This document shows, piece by piece, positions 27,994 through 38,307 of a stretch of 64,000 bases of DNA. Made by a program: the position numbers and the translations under genes. The notes under the pieces were generated by a model, which was not told the origin of the DNA, searched no databases, and saw only the letters and a list, made by a program, of their open reading frames with translations. Every line of letters begins with the position of its first letter. Within the stretch, counting starts at the first letter, position 1. The DNA is taken from the NCBI GenBank assembly GCA_027039485.1, contig JALWDZ010000026.1, forward strand, positions 1,093 through 65,092. The letters are read 5' to 3'. Source of the DNA: Candidatus Shapirobacteria bacterium. GTDB taxonomy: Bacteria > Patescibacteriota > Microgenomatia > UBA12405 > UBA6130.

Positions 27994-28724
27994 GGCAGCA
28001 ATTTTAAAATATAATCGCCCCACCACCAGCTAATTAGAGCGGCGGCAACTAGAAACGGCCCAAAAGCAACTGCCGTTTTCCAATGGGCTCGGCGTCGCCA
28101 GAGAAGGAACCCGGCCCACAGCCCTCCGGCCAAAAAAGCTAGATAAAACAAAAATAGGAGGCGCTGCCAACCCAACCAAAGGCCAAGGACAAAAACTAAC
28201 TTAGCATCACCCAACCCCATTCCTTTTCGACCAGTAATCAGATAAAGGAAAAGAAAGAAGAAAAGCCCGCCAAAAGCAGCTAAAAAGTCCAACCGGGGGA
28301 GGAAAAGCACCAAAACCAGCAGGGAAAGGAGAAAAACATCGGGAATAATTTGGTAATGAGCGTCAAAAAAGAAAATGGCTAAGAGAAACCAAACCAAAAG
28401 CAAATACATTCCCAGCCACGGCCAGGCTAAATTTTGCTGCCGCCACCAAACAAAAGTAGCCAAAAACAATAGACCGCCTAAAAGTTCTAGAATAAACCAC
28501 TCGGGATTTACTTTAGCCCCGCAGGTCCGGCACCGGCCGCGCAACAAAAGGAAAGATAAAAGAGGGATATTTTCCCACCAAGCTAACTGGCGATTACAAT
28601 TGTCGCAGTGGGAACGGCCCCACAAATCCAACCCTCCCTTTTGGGGATAACGACTAATTAAAACACCCAAAAAGCTCCCCCCGCTCGCCCCAAGAGCAAA
28701 CAGGAGGAGCTCCCAAAATATCAT
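27987..28724 (-). CDS. pilD: Prepilin peptidase (A24)
   Basis: RSHCDNC, ENIPLLSFLLLRGRCRTC, FFD, GMGLGDAKL, FGPFL. Confidence 0.93.
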   Translation of the reverse strand: MIFWELLLFALGASGGSFLGVLISRYPQKGGLDLWGRSHCDNCNRQLAWWENIPLLSFLLLRGRCRTCGAKVNPEWFILELLGGLLFLATFVWWRQQNLAWPWLGMYLLLVWFLLAIFFFDAHYQIIPDVFLLSLLVLVLFLPRLDFLAAFGGLFFFLFLYLITGRKGMGLGDAKLVFVLGLWLGWQRLLFLFYLAFLAGGLWAGFLLWRRRAHWKTAVAFGPFLVAAALISWWWGDYILKLLPW

Positions 28725-28726
28725 CT

Positions 28727-29383
28727 TTACTGGGGCACACATTTAAACAATGAATTTGTTCTGTCTGTCCAAGTAGCACTATCTATTTGGCTCTGACTGG
28801 TAACTGCGGTAATCTGGGTTGGCACCCCATCGGCGGTAGTGATGCCCAAATCCTTAAGCTTTGAACTTAGTTTTCTGTTTGCCTTTGCTTTAGGAATAAA
28901 GCAAACATAAACGGCTCCGCCATTGCCTGCTTCTTTAAAAAGATAGAGTCTATTCAAATCACTCCTGATATTATCGGCAAAAGGATCCTTTTGGGCAAAA
29001 GAGGCCTTTAATTCATCCGTCTTTATCAACTCTCCATAATTGCCATTAGCATCCTTGCAGCTGGAAACTTCAGCATTATAAGAACTGCCCGCACAAACAC
29101 CAAAGCCCGGCATTTTGCTCGTTAAACCCAAAACCTGGGACTCGTCAGCTCCATTGCCTTCGCCCCAAACTTCATCATCCCACGGATAATATTCTTGGGA
29201 AGCATAGTACCGCTCCAAGGCGCTCAAAACTTCGGCGGCATCATTTTGAAATTTCGCATCCCGAGCCTTATTGGTTTGTTCTACTGGATTTAAAGTAGAA
29301 AGAACCGCCACCGACAAAATAGCAATTAAGGAAATAACAATCAATAACTCAACTAGAGTAAAACCTTGTTTCAGTTGTTTCAT
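28727..29383 (-). CDS. Pilin, candidate major pilin
   Basis: QG|FTLVELLIVI...NPVEQ..KARD; preceded by a GGGGGTG SD-like site. Confidence 0.8.
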   Translation of the reverse strand: MKQLKQGFTLVELLIVISLIAILSVAVLSTLNPVEQTNKARDAKFQNDAAEVLSALERYYASQEYYPWDDEVWGEGNGADESQVLGLTSKMPGFGVCAGSSYNAEVSSCKDANGNYGELIKTDELKASFAQKDPFADNIRSDLNRLYLFKEAGNGGAVYVCFIPKAKANRKLSSKLKDLGITTADGVPTQITAVTSQSQIDSATWTDRTNSLFKCVPQ

Positions 29384-29399
29384 CTTTTCACCCCCTTTC

Positions 29400-30602
29400 C
29401 TAAAATTGGCTGGTTAAGTTATAAATTGGCATAATCACGGCAAAAACTAAAAAGCCAACTCCAATACCTAACACTATCATGATAAGTGGCTCAATAGCAC
29501 TTGTCAAGGTTTTAACCCGTTGATCAGCTTCTATTTCAAAAAAATGAGCCAGGCGGAAAAGAATGGTATCCAATTTGCCTGTCTGTTCGCCGGTGGCAAC
29601 CATTTCTACCAGAATATCGGGGAAAATCATTTGTTCCCGCAACGACTCAGAAAGAGGAAAGCCCTTCTCGATCCGTTGGTCGACCCGTTCAAGAGCTTTC
29701 TGGTAAACCATATTACCGGCGGCTCGACTAATAGTTGCCACCCCATCTACCAAAGGCACCCCGGTATTAACCATCATCCCTAAAGTCCGGGTAAGATTGG
29801 TAAGAAGAGTGGCTTGCAAGAGAGGGCCTAAAATGGGTATCCGCAATTTTATTTCATCATACCGATAGCGCATCTCTGGTTGGCGCATTAAAACCTTCCC
29901 GGCCACCACTCCCGCCACTGCCAAGAAAGGTAAAAGCCAAACCAAAACGCCGCTTAAGCTGGCAATATCCATCAAGACGCGCGTTTCCCAAGGCAGTTGG
30001 GTATTAAATTCATTGTAAAGATTGGCCATCTTAGGAATGACAAAAGTTACCACAATAAAAATAACCCCTCCCATACCCACCAAAATAATCGCTGGATAAA
30101 TCATTGCCCCTTTTACCTTAGCCAAAAATTCTTGCCGTTTTTCCAAAGTATCCGCCAATTGCGTGAGCACCTTTTCTAAAACCCCAGCTTCCTCGCCGGC
30201 ACTGACTGAAGCAATGTAAATATCGCCAAATACCTCGCGATGCTTTTTTAGGGCCGCCGTAAAAGAGGAACCACCCTCGATATCGCGGAGAAGATCGCCA
30301 ATAACCAACTGCAACTTGCCGCTTTCCTGTTTTTCCAGTAAGGACAACGCTTCAGTCAATGGCAACCCGGCCTCAATCATCGTTGCCAGTCGGCGAGTAA
30401 AGGAGGCTACCTGCCCTCCCGAGACCCGGCTAAAGTGAAGGCGCAGCTTTTGCCAAAACGAAAGCTGATAAGGTTTAATGTCAACTAAAACCAAGCGGCG
30501 CTTTTTTACCAAAGAAATTGCTTCCCGCAAGTTGCGCGCCTCTACCAAGCCTTTATTGACTTTGCCTTGCCAATCTCGGGCTCGAAAAACGTATTTTTTC
30601 AT
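29400..30602 (-). CDS. pilC: Type IV pilus platform protein PilC (GspF family)
   Basis: LATMIEAGLPL, GEEAGVL, AMIYP, GEQTGKLD, IEP. Confidence 0.94.
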   Translation of the reverse strand: MKKYVFRARDWQGKVNKGLVEARNLREAISLVKKRRLVLVDIKPYQLSFWQKLRLHFSRVSGGQVASFTRRLATMIEAGLPLTEALSLLEKQESGKLQLVIGDLLRDIEGGSSFTAALKKHREVFGDIYIASVSAGEEAGVLEKVLTQLADTLEKRQEFLAKVKGAMIYPAIILVGMGGVIFIVVTFVIPKMANLYNEFNTQLPWETRVLMDIASLSGVLVWLLPFLAVAGVVAGKVLMRQPEMRYRYDEIKLRIPILGPLLQATLLTNLTRTLGMMVNTGVPLVDGVATISRAAGNMVYQKALERVDQRIEKGFPLSESLREQMIFPDILVEMVATGEQTGKLDTILFRLAHFFEIEADQRVKTLTSAIEPLIMIVLGIGVGFLVFAVIMPIYNLTSQF

Positions 30603-30604
30603 TT

Positions 30605-31693
30605 TTACTCCGGTTTTATTATCGGCTGGCGGCGCTGCTGCTGTAAACTGCGCATTAATTCCTTAGGCCGGATAGCATATTCTTTGGCCACTTCAAGGCT
30701 AACGACCCCCTTATTAACCCAACTCGCCAAAGAAGTTTCCAAGAGGCGCATCCCCACTTCAGCTGAAGTTTGGATAATATTGTCAATCATATGGGTTTTA
30801 TCCTCACGGATAGCCGTCTGGACAGCGTGGTTATTTAGAAGAAGTTCAATGGCCGGCACCCGCCCCGGCTTGATGGTTGGAATTAGGCGCTGGGAAATAA
30901 CCGCCAAAAGGCTGTTGGCCAATTGCATTCGCACTTGGGCCTTAGCTCCGGTCGGAAAAACATCAACAATCCGGTCAATTGTCTCCGCTGCCGAATTAGT
31001 GTGCAAGGTAGAAAAAACCAGATGGCCAGTTTCGGCTACTGTCAAAGCAGCTTTAATCGTTTCCAAATCGCGCATTTCGCCAATCAAAACTACATTAGGG
31101 TCTTCGCGCAAAGCTGAGCGGAGGGCATTGGTCCAGCTGAGAGTATCGGAGCCAATTTCTCGCTGGGAGAAAACCGACTTTATGTCTTTGAAAAAATACT
31201 CAATGGGGTCTTCAATCGTCACAATATGCTCGGCCCGCGTTTCGTTAATCTCCCCCAACATAGCGGCTAGAGTGGTCGACTTACCATGGCCGGTGGGCCC
31301 GGTTACCAAGACAAAGCCCTGTCGTTCCTGAGTCAGTTTCCTTAGAATTGGCGGCAAATTTAAATCGTCAAGGCGGGGAATATTGGGAGGAATCAAACGC
31401 ATCGCTATTGCCAGGGAATCGCGTTGAAAATAGAAATTGACTCGAAAGCGCGCCTGGTCTTGAAAGACATAAGAAGAATCCATTTCCCGCTTGTCAAGAA
31501 GTTCCTGATATCTCTTCTCGCCCAACATCACCTTGGCCATGGCCATAATCTCCTCCTTGGCCATCGGCGTACCCTCGGGCAAACTAAAAAGCTGGCCATT
31601 AACCCGCAACAGGGGCCGCGCTCCTGCCAAAAGGTGGACATCTGAAGCCTTGTCCTTCACCGCCAGCGAGAGAATAGCTGCTAACTTATCCAT
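30605..31693 (-). CDS. pilT: Retraction ATPase PilT
   Basis: ASDVHL, GPTGHGKSTT, TIEDPIE, LREDPNVVLIGEMRD, TLHT. Confidence 0.94.
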   Translation of the reverse strand: MDKLAAILSLAVKDKASDVHLLAGARPLLRVNGQLFSLPEGTPMAKEEIMAMAKVMLGEKRYQELLDKREMDSSYVFQDQARFRVNFYFQRDSLAIAMRLIPPNIPRLDDLNLPPILRKLTQERQGFVLVTGPTGHGKSTTLAAMLGEINETRAEHIVTIEDPIEYFFKDIKSVFSQREIGSDTLSWTNALRSALREDPNVVLIGEMRDLETIKAALTVAETGHLVFSTLHTNSAAETIDRIVDVFPTGAKAQVRMQLANSLLAVISQRLIPTIKPGRVPAIELLLNNHAVQTAIREDKTHMIDNIIQTSAEVGMRLLETSLASWVNKGVVSLEVAKEYAIRPKELMRSLQQQRRQPIIKPE

Positions 31694-31694
31694 G

Positions 31695-33413
31695 CTAATA
31701 TTTAGCCACCCGGAGAACTTCCTCCACGGTGGTAATACCCTCTAACGCCTTCAAATAGCCATCCTGCATCATCGTTACCATGCCCTCCTTTACAGCCGCT
31801 TTTTTAATTTCCTCGGCCGGCGCTTGTTTAAGGATAAGCTGCATAATTGCATTAGTCACCGGCAAAGTCTCAAAAATCCCAATTCGACCGTAATAGCCGG
31901 TAAAGTTGCACCCCTGGCAGCCTTTGCCGCGGTAAAGCTTTGGTTGGTCACCGGCTTTGGGGGGCCAAAGCGGGCCAAGCACTTTTTTCATTCCTTCAAC
32001 CACTTTTTCTGGCGGCTGGTAACTTTCCTTACAGTCATTATGGATCCGGCGGACAATCCGTTGGGCAACCACTGCGTTCAAAGCAGAAACTAGCAAAAAG
32101 GGCTCAACCCCCATATCAATTAACCGTGGCGCAGCTCCGGCAGCATCGTTAGTATGTAGTGTCGAAAAAACCAAGTGGCCAGTAAGGGCTGCCTCAACCG
32201 CCAGTTCAGCCGTCTCTTTATCGCGAATCTCGCCAACCATAATAATATCCGGATCCTGGCGCAAAAACGAACGCAGGGCCGACGCAAAAGTAAGCCCCGC
32301 CTGGGGATTTACCTGGACCTGGTTAACCCCTTTGATGTGGTATTCAACCGGATCTTCGATAGTCATCACGTTAACTTTGGTAGTGTTAATCTTAGAAAGA
32401 ACTGAATAAAGAGTAGTCGTTTTCCCGGCTCCAGTTGGACCGCAGACCACAATCATTCCGTGGGGGCGGCTAATGGCCTCTTGCAAATCGCGGAGTGTTT
32501 TCCCCCGCAAACCTAATTCTGGCAAGTCGGGAATTTTTTGCGTTTTCTTCAAAAGCCGCATAACTACCTTTTCGCCATAGACAGTCGGTGCTGTCGAAAC
32601 CCGGACGTCGATTTCCTGCCCATCACTGCGAAAAGTAAAGCGCCCATCCTGGGGCACCCGCTTTTCATCGATTTTCATATCGGCCAAAATTTTAATTCGG
32701 GAAACAACGGCATCATGGATCCGCCGCGGCAAAATAAGTTTCTCTTGCAAAATGCCGTCAATGCGGTAACGGACCCGGGTATCGCCCTCTTGGGGTTCAA
32801 TATGAATATCCGAAGCCCGGGCCTTGACCGCAAATTGCAAAATTGTCGAAACAACCTTGGCAATTGGCGCCTCGTGGATAATATTCTCCAGATGGTTAAC
32901 ATCCAAGACATTCTTTTGATAAGTTTTAGCCGTTTCCCCTAGGGCCTTAGTCACCTCGGCGGTAATTTCCTGGTTATAATGTTCGTCGATTGTCTCCTGG
33001 ATAAGCTTTTTATCAGCCAGGTAAGGCTCTATTTTTAAGCCTGTTTTCTTTTCCAAAAACTCCACCGTCTCCAAATCTAAAGGATTGGCCATAGCCACCG
33101 CCAGCTTTTTCTCTTTAGGGTCATAACGAAAGGGCACCACCAGATAATACTCGGCCACGCTTCGGGGAATAAAAGTAATGCTTTGGGGATCGAAAGCAAT
33201 TTCTTCTAAATCAGCATAGGGAACGCCCAAAAACTTCGCCTTAGCAGCTAGCAATTTCTTGGTGGGGATTAGATTTTCTTCATGAATAATATCTTCCACA
33301 TTCTTGCCGGTTTGAATTGCCTTTAGTTGAATATTTTTTACCTGGGCTGGCGAGAGCAGCTTCTCCTGGGCCAGAACGTCCAAAAGCGAGTGGGGCAGTT
33401 TTGTTTCTTCCAT
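31695..33413 (-). CDS. pilB: Assembly ATPase PilB (GspE family)
   Basis: ASDIHIEP, PQDGRF, GPTGAGKTTT, LRQDPDIIMVGEIRD; start put at ATG 33413, 7 nt below TATAAT. Confidence 0.94.
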   Translation of the reverse strand: MEETKLPHSLLDVLAQEKLLSPAQVKNIQLKAIQTGKNVEDIIHEENLIPTKKLLAAKAKFLGVPYADLEEIAFDPQSITFIPRSVAEYYLVVPFRYDPKEKKLAVAMANPLDLETVEFLEKKTGLKIEPYLADKKLIQETIDEHYNQEITAEVTKALGETAKTYQKNVLDVNHLENIIHEAPIAKVVSTILQFAVKARASDIHIEPQEGDTRVRYRIDGILQEKLILPRRIHDAVVSRIKILADMKIDEKRVPQDGRFTFRSDGQEIDVRVSTAPTVYGEKVVMRLLKKTQKIPDLPELGLRGKTLRDLQEAISRPHGMIVVCGPTGAGKTTTLYSVLSKINTTKVNVMTIEDPVEYHIKGVNQVQVNPQAGLTFASALRSFLRQDPDIIMVGEIRDKETAELAVEAALTGHLVFSTLHTNDAAGAAPRLIDMGVEPFLLVSALNAVVAQRIVRRIHNDCKESYQPPEKVVEGMKKVLGPLWPPKAGDQPKLYRGKGCQGCNFTGYYGRIGIFETLPVTNAIMQLILKQAPAEEIKKAAVKEGMVTMMQDGYLKALEGITTVEEVLRVAKY

Positions 33414-33427
33414 CACTTCCATTATAA

Positions 33428-33920
33428 ACAAAATAAATCCCAAATCACAAGCACCCTGCCCCGACGGACGTCGGGGCAAATTCTAATTACCAAAATCCTA
33501 ATCCGCCAGCTGGCGGACTAAACAAATTCAAATGACCAAAATTCAAATGCTCAAAAACATTGAAACTGTGTCATTCTGAGCGTTAGCGAAGCCCCAGGAC
33601 GTTCCGCCAGCTGGCAGAGTCGGGGTAAAAATCTAGCGAAGCGCATTAATCCCACACCTGACTAACTCTCATGCGCTCGCTCCGCTCGCTAGATCTTTAC
33701 CCCTACCGAAGGTGGATTTATTCCACCGAAGGGGGGCTTCGTCGCTTCGCTCCTCAGGATGACAAGGGGAGATGTCTTTTGTTTTGGTCATTTGATCATT
33801 AGGTAATTTGGTTATTGTTTAGGATTTGGGTCATTAGGATTTAGGATTTTGCTCAACCTAGTTCCTAGCTCCATTTGAACTTTTCACTTTCCCCTTCTTT
33901 CTCACTTTTCACTTTTCACT
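33428..33920 (+). repeat. Armed repeat element C (L arm with 2 inserted palindromes, core 33569-33764, R arm 33780-33850, CCTAG/TTTTCAC tail)
   Basis: Arms match A, B and D; core TGTCATTCTGAG...CTCAGGATGACA. Confidence 0.85.
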
Positions 33921-34986
33921 TAAACTTTTCATATAGCTCTTCCACTTTTTCTTTGAATTCCCGGCGGAAGCGGGCCTCGTCAAACTGTTCTGCTTGTCGG
34001 CGGCAGGCTGCCGGTTGGTAATGCCACTTTCGGAAACGCCGCAAAGTTTTTACCAAAACCTCAACCGTCGCCGGCCCAAAAAACAGGCCTGTTTTCCCGG
34101 CAACCACCGTTTCCCGCGCCCCTCCCCCATCATAGGCAATAACCGGCCGGCCGCTGGCCTGGGCTTCTAAACTCACCAAGCCAAAGTCTTCCTCCTGGGG
34201 CATGATGAGTGCCTGTGCCTGCCGATAAAGCTGCTTTAATTGGCTTTCGCTTACCTTGCCCCAGAATTTAATATTTTTCTTGGCCTTCTTCATTAATTTT
34301 TTTTGCGCCCGCCCTTCGCCGACAATCCACAACGGCCAACCCAGGCGGTTAAAAGCTTCAACTGCCAGTTCAACTCGCTTGTACTCCACTAAACGGCTCA
34401 CTACCAAAAAGGGGGCATCCTTGTCAGCTGGTTTTGGGGCCATCTTGAAACGGCGATAATTAATGCCCGGATAAACAACTTCACTCGGCCGCTGATAATA
34501 ATGCCAAACCCGTTCGGCTACTGTTTTCGAAATTGCCAAAATAGCGTCCGGCCGCTGGCCATAAAGCCAGTCATCCTGCCTCAAGCCTGCCAGCCAGGGA
34601 AAAAGCCGCCGCCAAGGAGTTAAATCAGGGCGCCAAAGATAGCGCGGCGGTGTCAAACAGTAATGGAGATGGAAAGTATCTGGCGGGGTGATGATTGCTT
34701 TAGCGGGCCCTGAGCTTAGGGAAATGACCAAATCAAAACTTCGAAAGGAAAAACTTTCAAAGGCATAACCCAAAAGGGGATAATACCAATAAACATGCCT
34801 TTTTGCCGCCGGGAATTTTTGCAAAAAACTAGTTTCCACCAGCCGGTGGCCCAAGAAATTTGCCTTTTCCCGATCATAAACTGCAGTAAAAATCCTTGCC
34901 TCTGGCCAAATTTTTAATAAGCTCAAAATCACCCGCTCGGCACCCCCCCAACGGTTAAGCCAGTCGTAAACCAAAGCGACCCTCAC
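33916..34986 (-). CDS. Glycosyltransferase family 4
   Basis: YDWL..WGGAERVI, YCLTPPRYLW, EDFGLVSLEA; GTG start overlaps the upstream stop. Confidence 0.9.
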   Translation of the reverse strand: MRVALVYDWLNRWGGAERVILSLLKIWPEARIFTAVYDREKANFLGHRLVETSFLQKFPAAKRHVYWYYPLLGYAFESFSFRSFDLVISLSSGPAKAIITPPDTFHLHYCLTPPRYLWRPDLTPWRRLFPWLAGLRQDDWLYGQRPDAILAISKTVAERVWHYYQRPSEVVYPGINYRRFKMAPKPADKDAPFLVVSRLVEYKRVELAVEAFNRLGWPLWIVGEGRAQKKLMKKAKKNIKFWGKVSESQLKQLYRQAQALIMPQEEDFGLVSLEAQASGRPVIAYDGGGARETVVAGKTGLFFGPATVEVLVKTLRRFRKWHYQPAACRRQAEQFDEARFRREFKEKVEELYEKFK

Positions 34987-36098
34987 CGGAGCACCTCCCG
35001 ATAAAGACCTGCTATTCCCCGGGCCATTTTTTGCCAACTGTAGCGTTTAGCCCACCGAAGGCCCAGCCGACGGTACTTTTGTCGTTGCTGTTCATTCAAA
35101 ATTACTTCCACTTGATGCCGCAATTCTGATGGGGAGTTGGGGTCAAAATAAAGGGCAGCCGGTCCCAAAGTTTCCGGAAGGGCCCCAGCTCGAGCGGCAA
35201 TCACCGGACAGCCACGGGCCATTGCCTCTAGCCCCGGCAAGCCAAACCCTTCTAAGCGACTAGGGAATACCAAGGCTAAAGCCTGGCGGTACAATTCTGC
35301 CAAAACGTTGTCTTCTACAAAGCCTACCAGGAGCACCTTTTTGGCCACGCCCATTCTTTGGGCTTCTTGCCAAAAACGGTCCCGAAAGACGCTTCGCGCC
35401 GCCACTACCACCAATTGGGGAGCCGCCGGCCATTCTTGCAACATTTTTAAAAGCAAAGTCGCATTCTTGTGAGGATAAAGGCTGCCAACATAGAGTAAAA
35501 ACGGCTTTTGGATGCCGTCTGGCAATTTTCCAGCTTTTCCTTTCGAAAGAATGTCAGGATCCACTCCTTCGGGGATTACCTCAATCCTGCGAACACATTG
35601 ATAATGGCGCCGCAAATCTTGGGCTGTCCACCGGCTAGGGGTAATTATTGCCTTGGCGCGGCAGACTGCCTGGCGAAAAACAAGCCGGTAACCCCAACGC
35701 TTTAGGCGATAACCCAAAAAATTGCGGGTCGTAGCCGCCTTGCCAGAAGAGTGATGCTTAATAAGGTCATGAACCGTAACTACAAAGGGCGCTGGCAAAA
35801 ATAAGGGAACATTAAAATGAAGAAAATGAACCAAGCTGGGCCGGAGGCGCCGAAGAAAAAGGGGCACTTGCCACTGTTCTCGCCAAGAGTAATGGCTGGC
35901 TGGCAAGGGATAAAAAGAATAGAAATTTTTGGTTATTTTTTTTAGATGAGGAATATCGTCTGGCTGGGCCAAAACTCCGTAACGAAACTGCCGGCTAGCC
36001 ACCTCGGGCAAAAAACGCAAAAAATTCAAGCTATAGCGCCCCAAACCAGCATGTTTAAGGTTGGCCAGCCGGCCGTCGACAATAATCAATGGCTTCAT
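34983..36098 (-). CDS. Glycosyltransferase family 4
   Basis: GLGRY, TVHDL, EGFGLPGLEAM. Confidence 0.9.
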   Translation of the reverse strand: MKPLIIVDGRLANLKHAGLGRYSLNFLRFLPEVASRQFRYGVLAQPDDIPHLKKITKNFYSFYPLPASHYSWREQWQVPLFLRRLRPSLVHFLHFNVPLFLPAPFVVTVHDLIKHHSSGKAATTRNFLGYRLKRWGYRLVFRQAVCRAKAIITPSRWTAQDLRRHYQCVRRIEVIPEGVDPDILSKGKAGKLPDGIQKPFLLYVGSLYPHKNATLLLKMLQEWPAAPQLVVVAARSVFRDRFWQEAQRMGVAKKVLLVGFVEDNVLAELYRQALALVFPSRLEGFGLPGLEAMARGCPVIAARAGALPETLGPAALYFDPNSPSELRHQVEVILNEQQRQKYRRLGLRWAKRYSWQKMARGIAGLYREVLR

Positions 36099-37096
36099 CG
36101 TTGTTTCACCCGCCAAACTCGGTATTTTTCCAATAACCACCAGGCAACAACCATCAGCCAGCTAACCCAGCGCGGATAACGGCTTTGGTAATGCTTGCGG
36201 TAGAAAATGCGCATAGCTGCTACCGAGGCCCGGGCTACTTTTACTCGACCCGCTGACGATGTCTTCGCCAAGCGGCGGCTATGTTTTTTGAGCCCTGAGG
36301 CTACCCCCCGATAATGGATAATTTTGACTTGGGGCAAAAAGACTACCGGCCAATGGTGGTGATAAAGCTGGTAACAAAATTCAATATCCTCACCGTAAAA
36401 GAAATAATCTTCATCCCACCAACCAATTGCTTCACCAGCTTGACGGCGGACGAGAAGGAAAGCTCCGCTCGCCGCTTCTATTTGGTGGGGCCGACGGCTT
36501 TTTAGAAGCCAACCTAGATGGTAACCGGCAAACCAGTGGCTATAAGGAAATAGCCGCTCTAGACCACTAAAATGGCAAAACGCTCGCCAGGGAGTGGGGA
36601 AACCCCGGTGGCAGGCGTCGTCAAGACGGCCATTGGCTAATTCCAACCGCGGTGTTACCGCTCCCACTCGGGGATGGGTTATTAAATAATGCCAAGCAGT
36701 CCACAAAGTTCTCACTGGCACCACCGTATCAGGATTCAAGAAGAGAACGGTTTTCCCTCGGGCTAGCTGCACGCCAACATTATTGCCCGCTGCAAAGCCC
36801 CGGTTTTCTTCTAACGGCAAATACTTTATATCTAGCCTAGGCCCTGCTATTCGCCAGCCTTTTTTACCCTGCCAAGCAAAGCGCCGGGCACCCCGTTCCC
36901 GAAAATATTTTACTAACCGCTTCTTAACCGGCAGCGGCGAGTTGTTGTCAACAATAATAATTTCCGCCGGACGGATATCGGCTTTTAATCTTGGTGATTT
37001 TCCCGAAAAATCCACTAAACTAGCTAAAGAAGTGAACAAAAATTGATCAGCATTATAGTGAAGAATGACAATGGATAACCTTTTTTGTTCGTTCAT
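36095..37096 (-). CDS. Glycosyltransferase family 2 (WbbL/rhamnosyltransferase-like)
   Basis: IVDNNS, NRGFAAGNN, FLNPDT, YFFYGEDIEFC. Confidence 0.9.
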   Translation of the reverse strand: MNEQKRLSIVILHYNADQFLFTSLASLVDFSGKSPRLKADIRPAEIIIVDNNSPLPVKKRLVKYFRERGARRFAWQGKKGWRIAGPRLDIKYLPLEENRGFAAGNNVGVQLARGKTVLFLNPDTVVPVRTLWTAWHYLITHPRVGAVTPRLELANGRLDDACHRGFPTPWRAFCHFSGLERLFPYSHWFAGYHLGWLLKSRRPHQIEAASGAFLLVRRQAGEAIGWWDEDYFFYGEDIEFCYQLYHHHWPVVFLPQVKIIHYRGVASGLKKHSRRLAKTSSAGRVKVARASVAAMRIFYRKHYQSRYPRWVSWLMVVAWWLLEKYRVWRVKQR

Positions 37097-38307
37097 TGGG
37101 ATAAATCCCGATAGATCCGGTAAAGTGCTCGGGCACTTTTAGACCAGGTGTAATATTTTAGTATCAACCGCCGCCCGGCCTGGCCAATCCTCCTTTGCTG
37201 TTCCTTATTGCGCAAAAGTTTTACTGCCAGATCAATAATTTCCTGGTCATTTTTGCCCACCAAAACATCGCGTCCCCATTTGGCCCGGATGCCTTCAATA
37301 CCCTCAGGAGTAGTCACTATCGGCAACCCTAAAGACATGGCTTCGAAGAACTTGGTCCGGCTTCCCCCGCCGCTAGCCATCGGCGCCAAAAGCAACCAAC
37401 TGCGACGGTACGTTTGGCTTACATCTTCCACCTCTCCGGCCCAAACATCTTTCTGCCCCGGTAAGAAACCTTTTCGGTAAAGAAAATCGCGAGCATACTT
37501 ACCGGCTACTAAGAGGCGAGCCTCGGGCACCGCTTGTTTCACCCGCGGCCAAATATCCAGCAGCAATTTCCTGGCCCCTTCTTTGTTTTGCAGCCACTTA
37601 AAATTAGCTACTCCAAAAAGCACCGTTGGCTGGCGATACTTAGGCAATGGCTTTAACTTGAGAAAGCGCTCATTTACCCCGTTAGGCACAATATCCACCG
37701 CCCGCCGGCTTAGTTTCTCCATAATCTTCTGGTCTTCTTCAGAAACGGCAGCCAAACGGTTAGCCCGCCGCCAATAATGTACCTCCCAAAACTTCAATTT
37801 GGCAACATCAAAATAAAACGGTAATTTTAATGGCCAGCGCCACCACGGTAAAGAAGCAACATAATGTTGGTAAACAGCAAACTCAATTGTTTGATCCACC
37901 AGCAAAACCGGCGTCTTAGTTTTGGGAATATTAGGCATCAGGTAAAAGCATTCCACGTGGATCAAATCATATTTTTCCCTTTGCAATTCCTGGCGCAAAG
38001 CCTGCTTTAAAGCCGGGGAAAAATAATTGGCCACCAAAAAAGGATAGGGGCTAAAGCCGGTAAAAAGAATTTTGCGCCACTGCCAGGTTTTTCCCCGCGA
38101 AAACGTCCGCACCCGGCGGCATAATTTGTTTAATTCTTGGATATTTTGCCCCGTTTGGTCAGGCAAAAGAAAACTAAAAAGGGTGATGTCCACATCCTTG
38201 GCCAAATGTTTTAAGAGATAGAAAGACCGGGTTTGCCCTCCCGAAAACGGCGGGTAAGGCAAATACGGGGTTATCATTAAAACCTTCAACTTTTTCCTTT
38301 TTGGCAT
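37093..38307 (-). CDS. Glycosyltransferase family 4
   Basis: PYPPFSGGQTR, PNGV, GSRTKFFEAM. Confidence 0.88.
   Translation of the reverse strand: MPKRKKLKVLMITPYLPYPPFSGGQTRSFYLLKHLAKDVDITLFSFLLPDQTGQNIQELNKLCRRVRTFSRGKTWQWRKILFTGFSPYPFLVANYFSPALKQALRQELQREKYDLIHVECFYLMPNIPKTKTPVLLVDQTIEFAVYQHYVASLPWWRWPLKLPFYFDVAKLKFWEVHYWRRANRLAAVSEEDQKIMEKLSRRAVDIVPNGVNERFLKLKPLPKYRQPTVLFGVANFKWLQNKEGARKLLLDIWPRVKQAVPEARLLVAGKYARDFLYRKGFLPGQKDVWAGEVEDVSQTYRRSWLLLAPMASGGGSRTKFFEAMSLGLPIVTTPEGIEGIRAKWGRDVLVGKNDQEIIDLAVKLLRNKEQQRRIGQAGRRLILKYYTWSKSARALYRIYRDLSQ

Noticed and set aside
30567-31331. 254-aa + strand ORF and similar long antisense ORFs (21984..22547, 42753..43289, 51013..51501, 61190..61729)
   Set aside because: They lie antisense to well-supported genes and have no motifs of their own
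33414-33479. N-terminal extension of PilB in the ORF track, and similar extensions for the NlpC-like gene, ruvA and yvcK
   Set aside because: The extensions run through the -10 box and repeat arms; downstream ATGs fit the leaderless pattern
19748-33764. Element cores read as self-splicing introns or known structured RNAs (tmRNA, RNase P, SRP)
   Set aside because: They are intergenic, too short, lack the conserved motifs, and are made of shuffled palindromic halves
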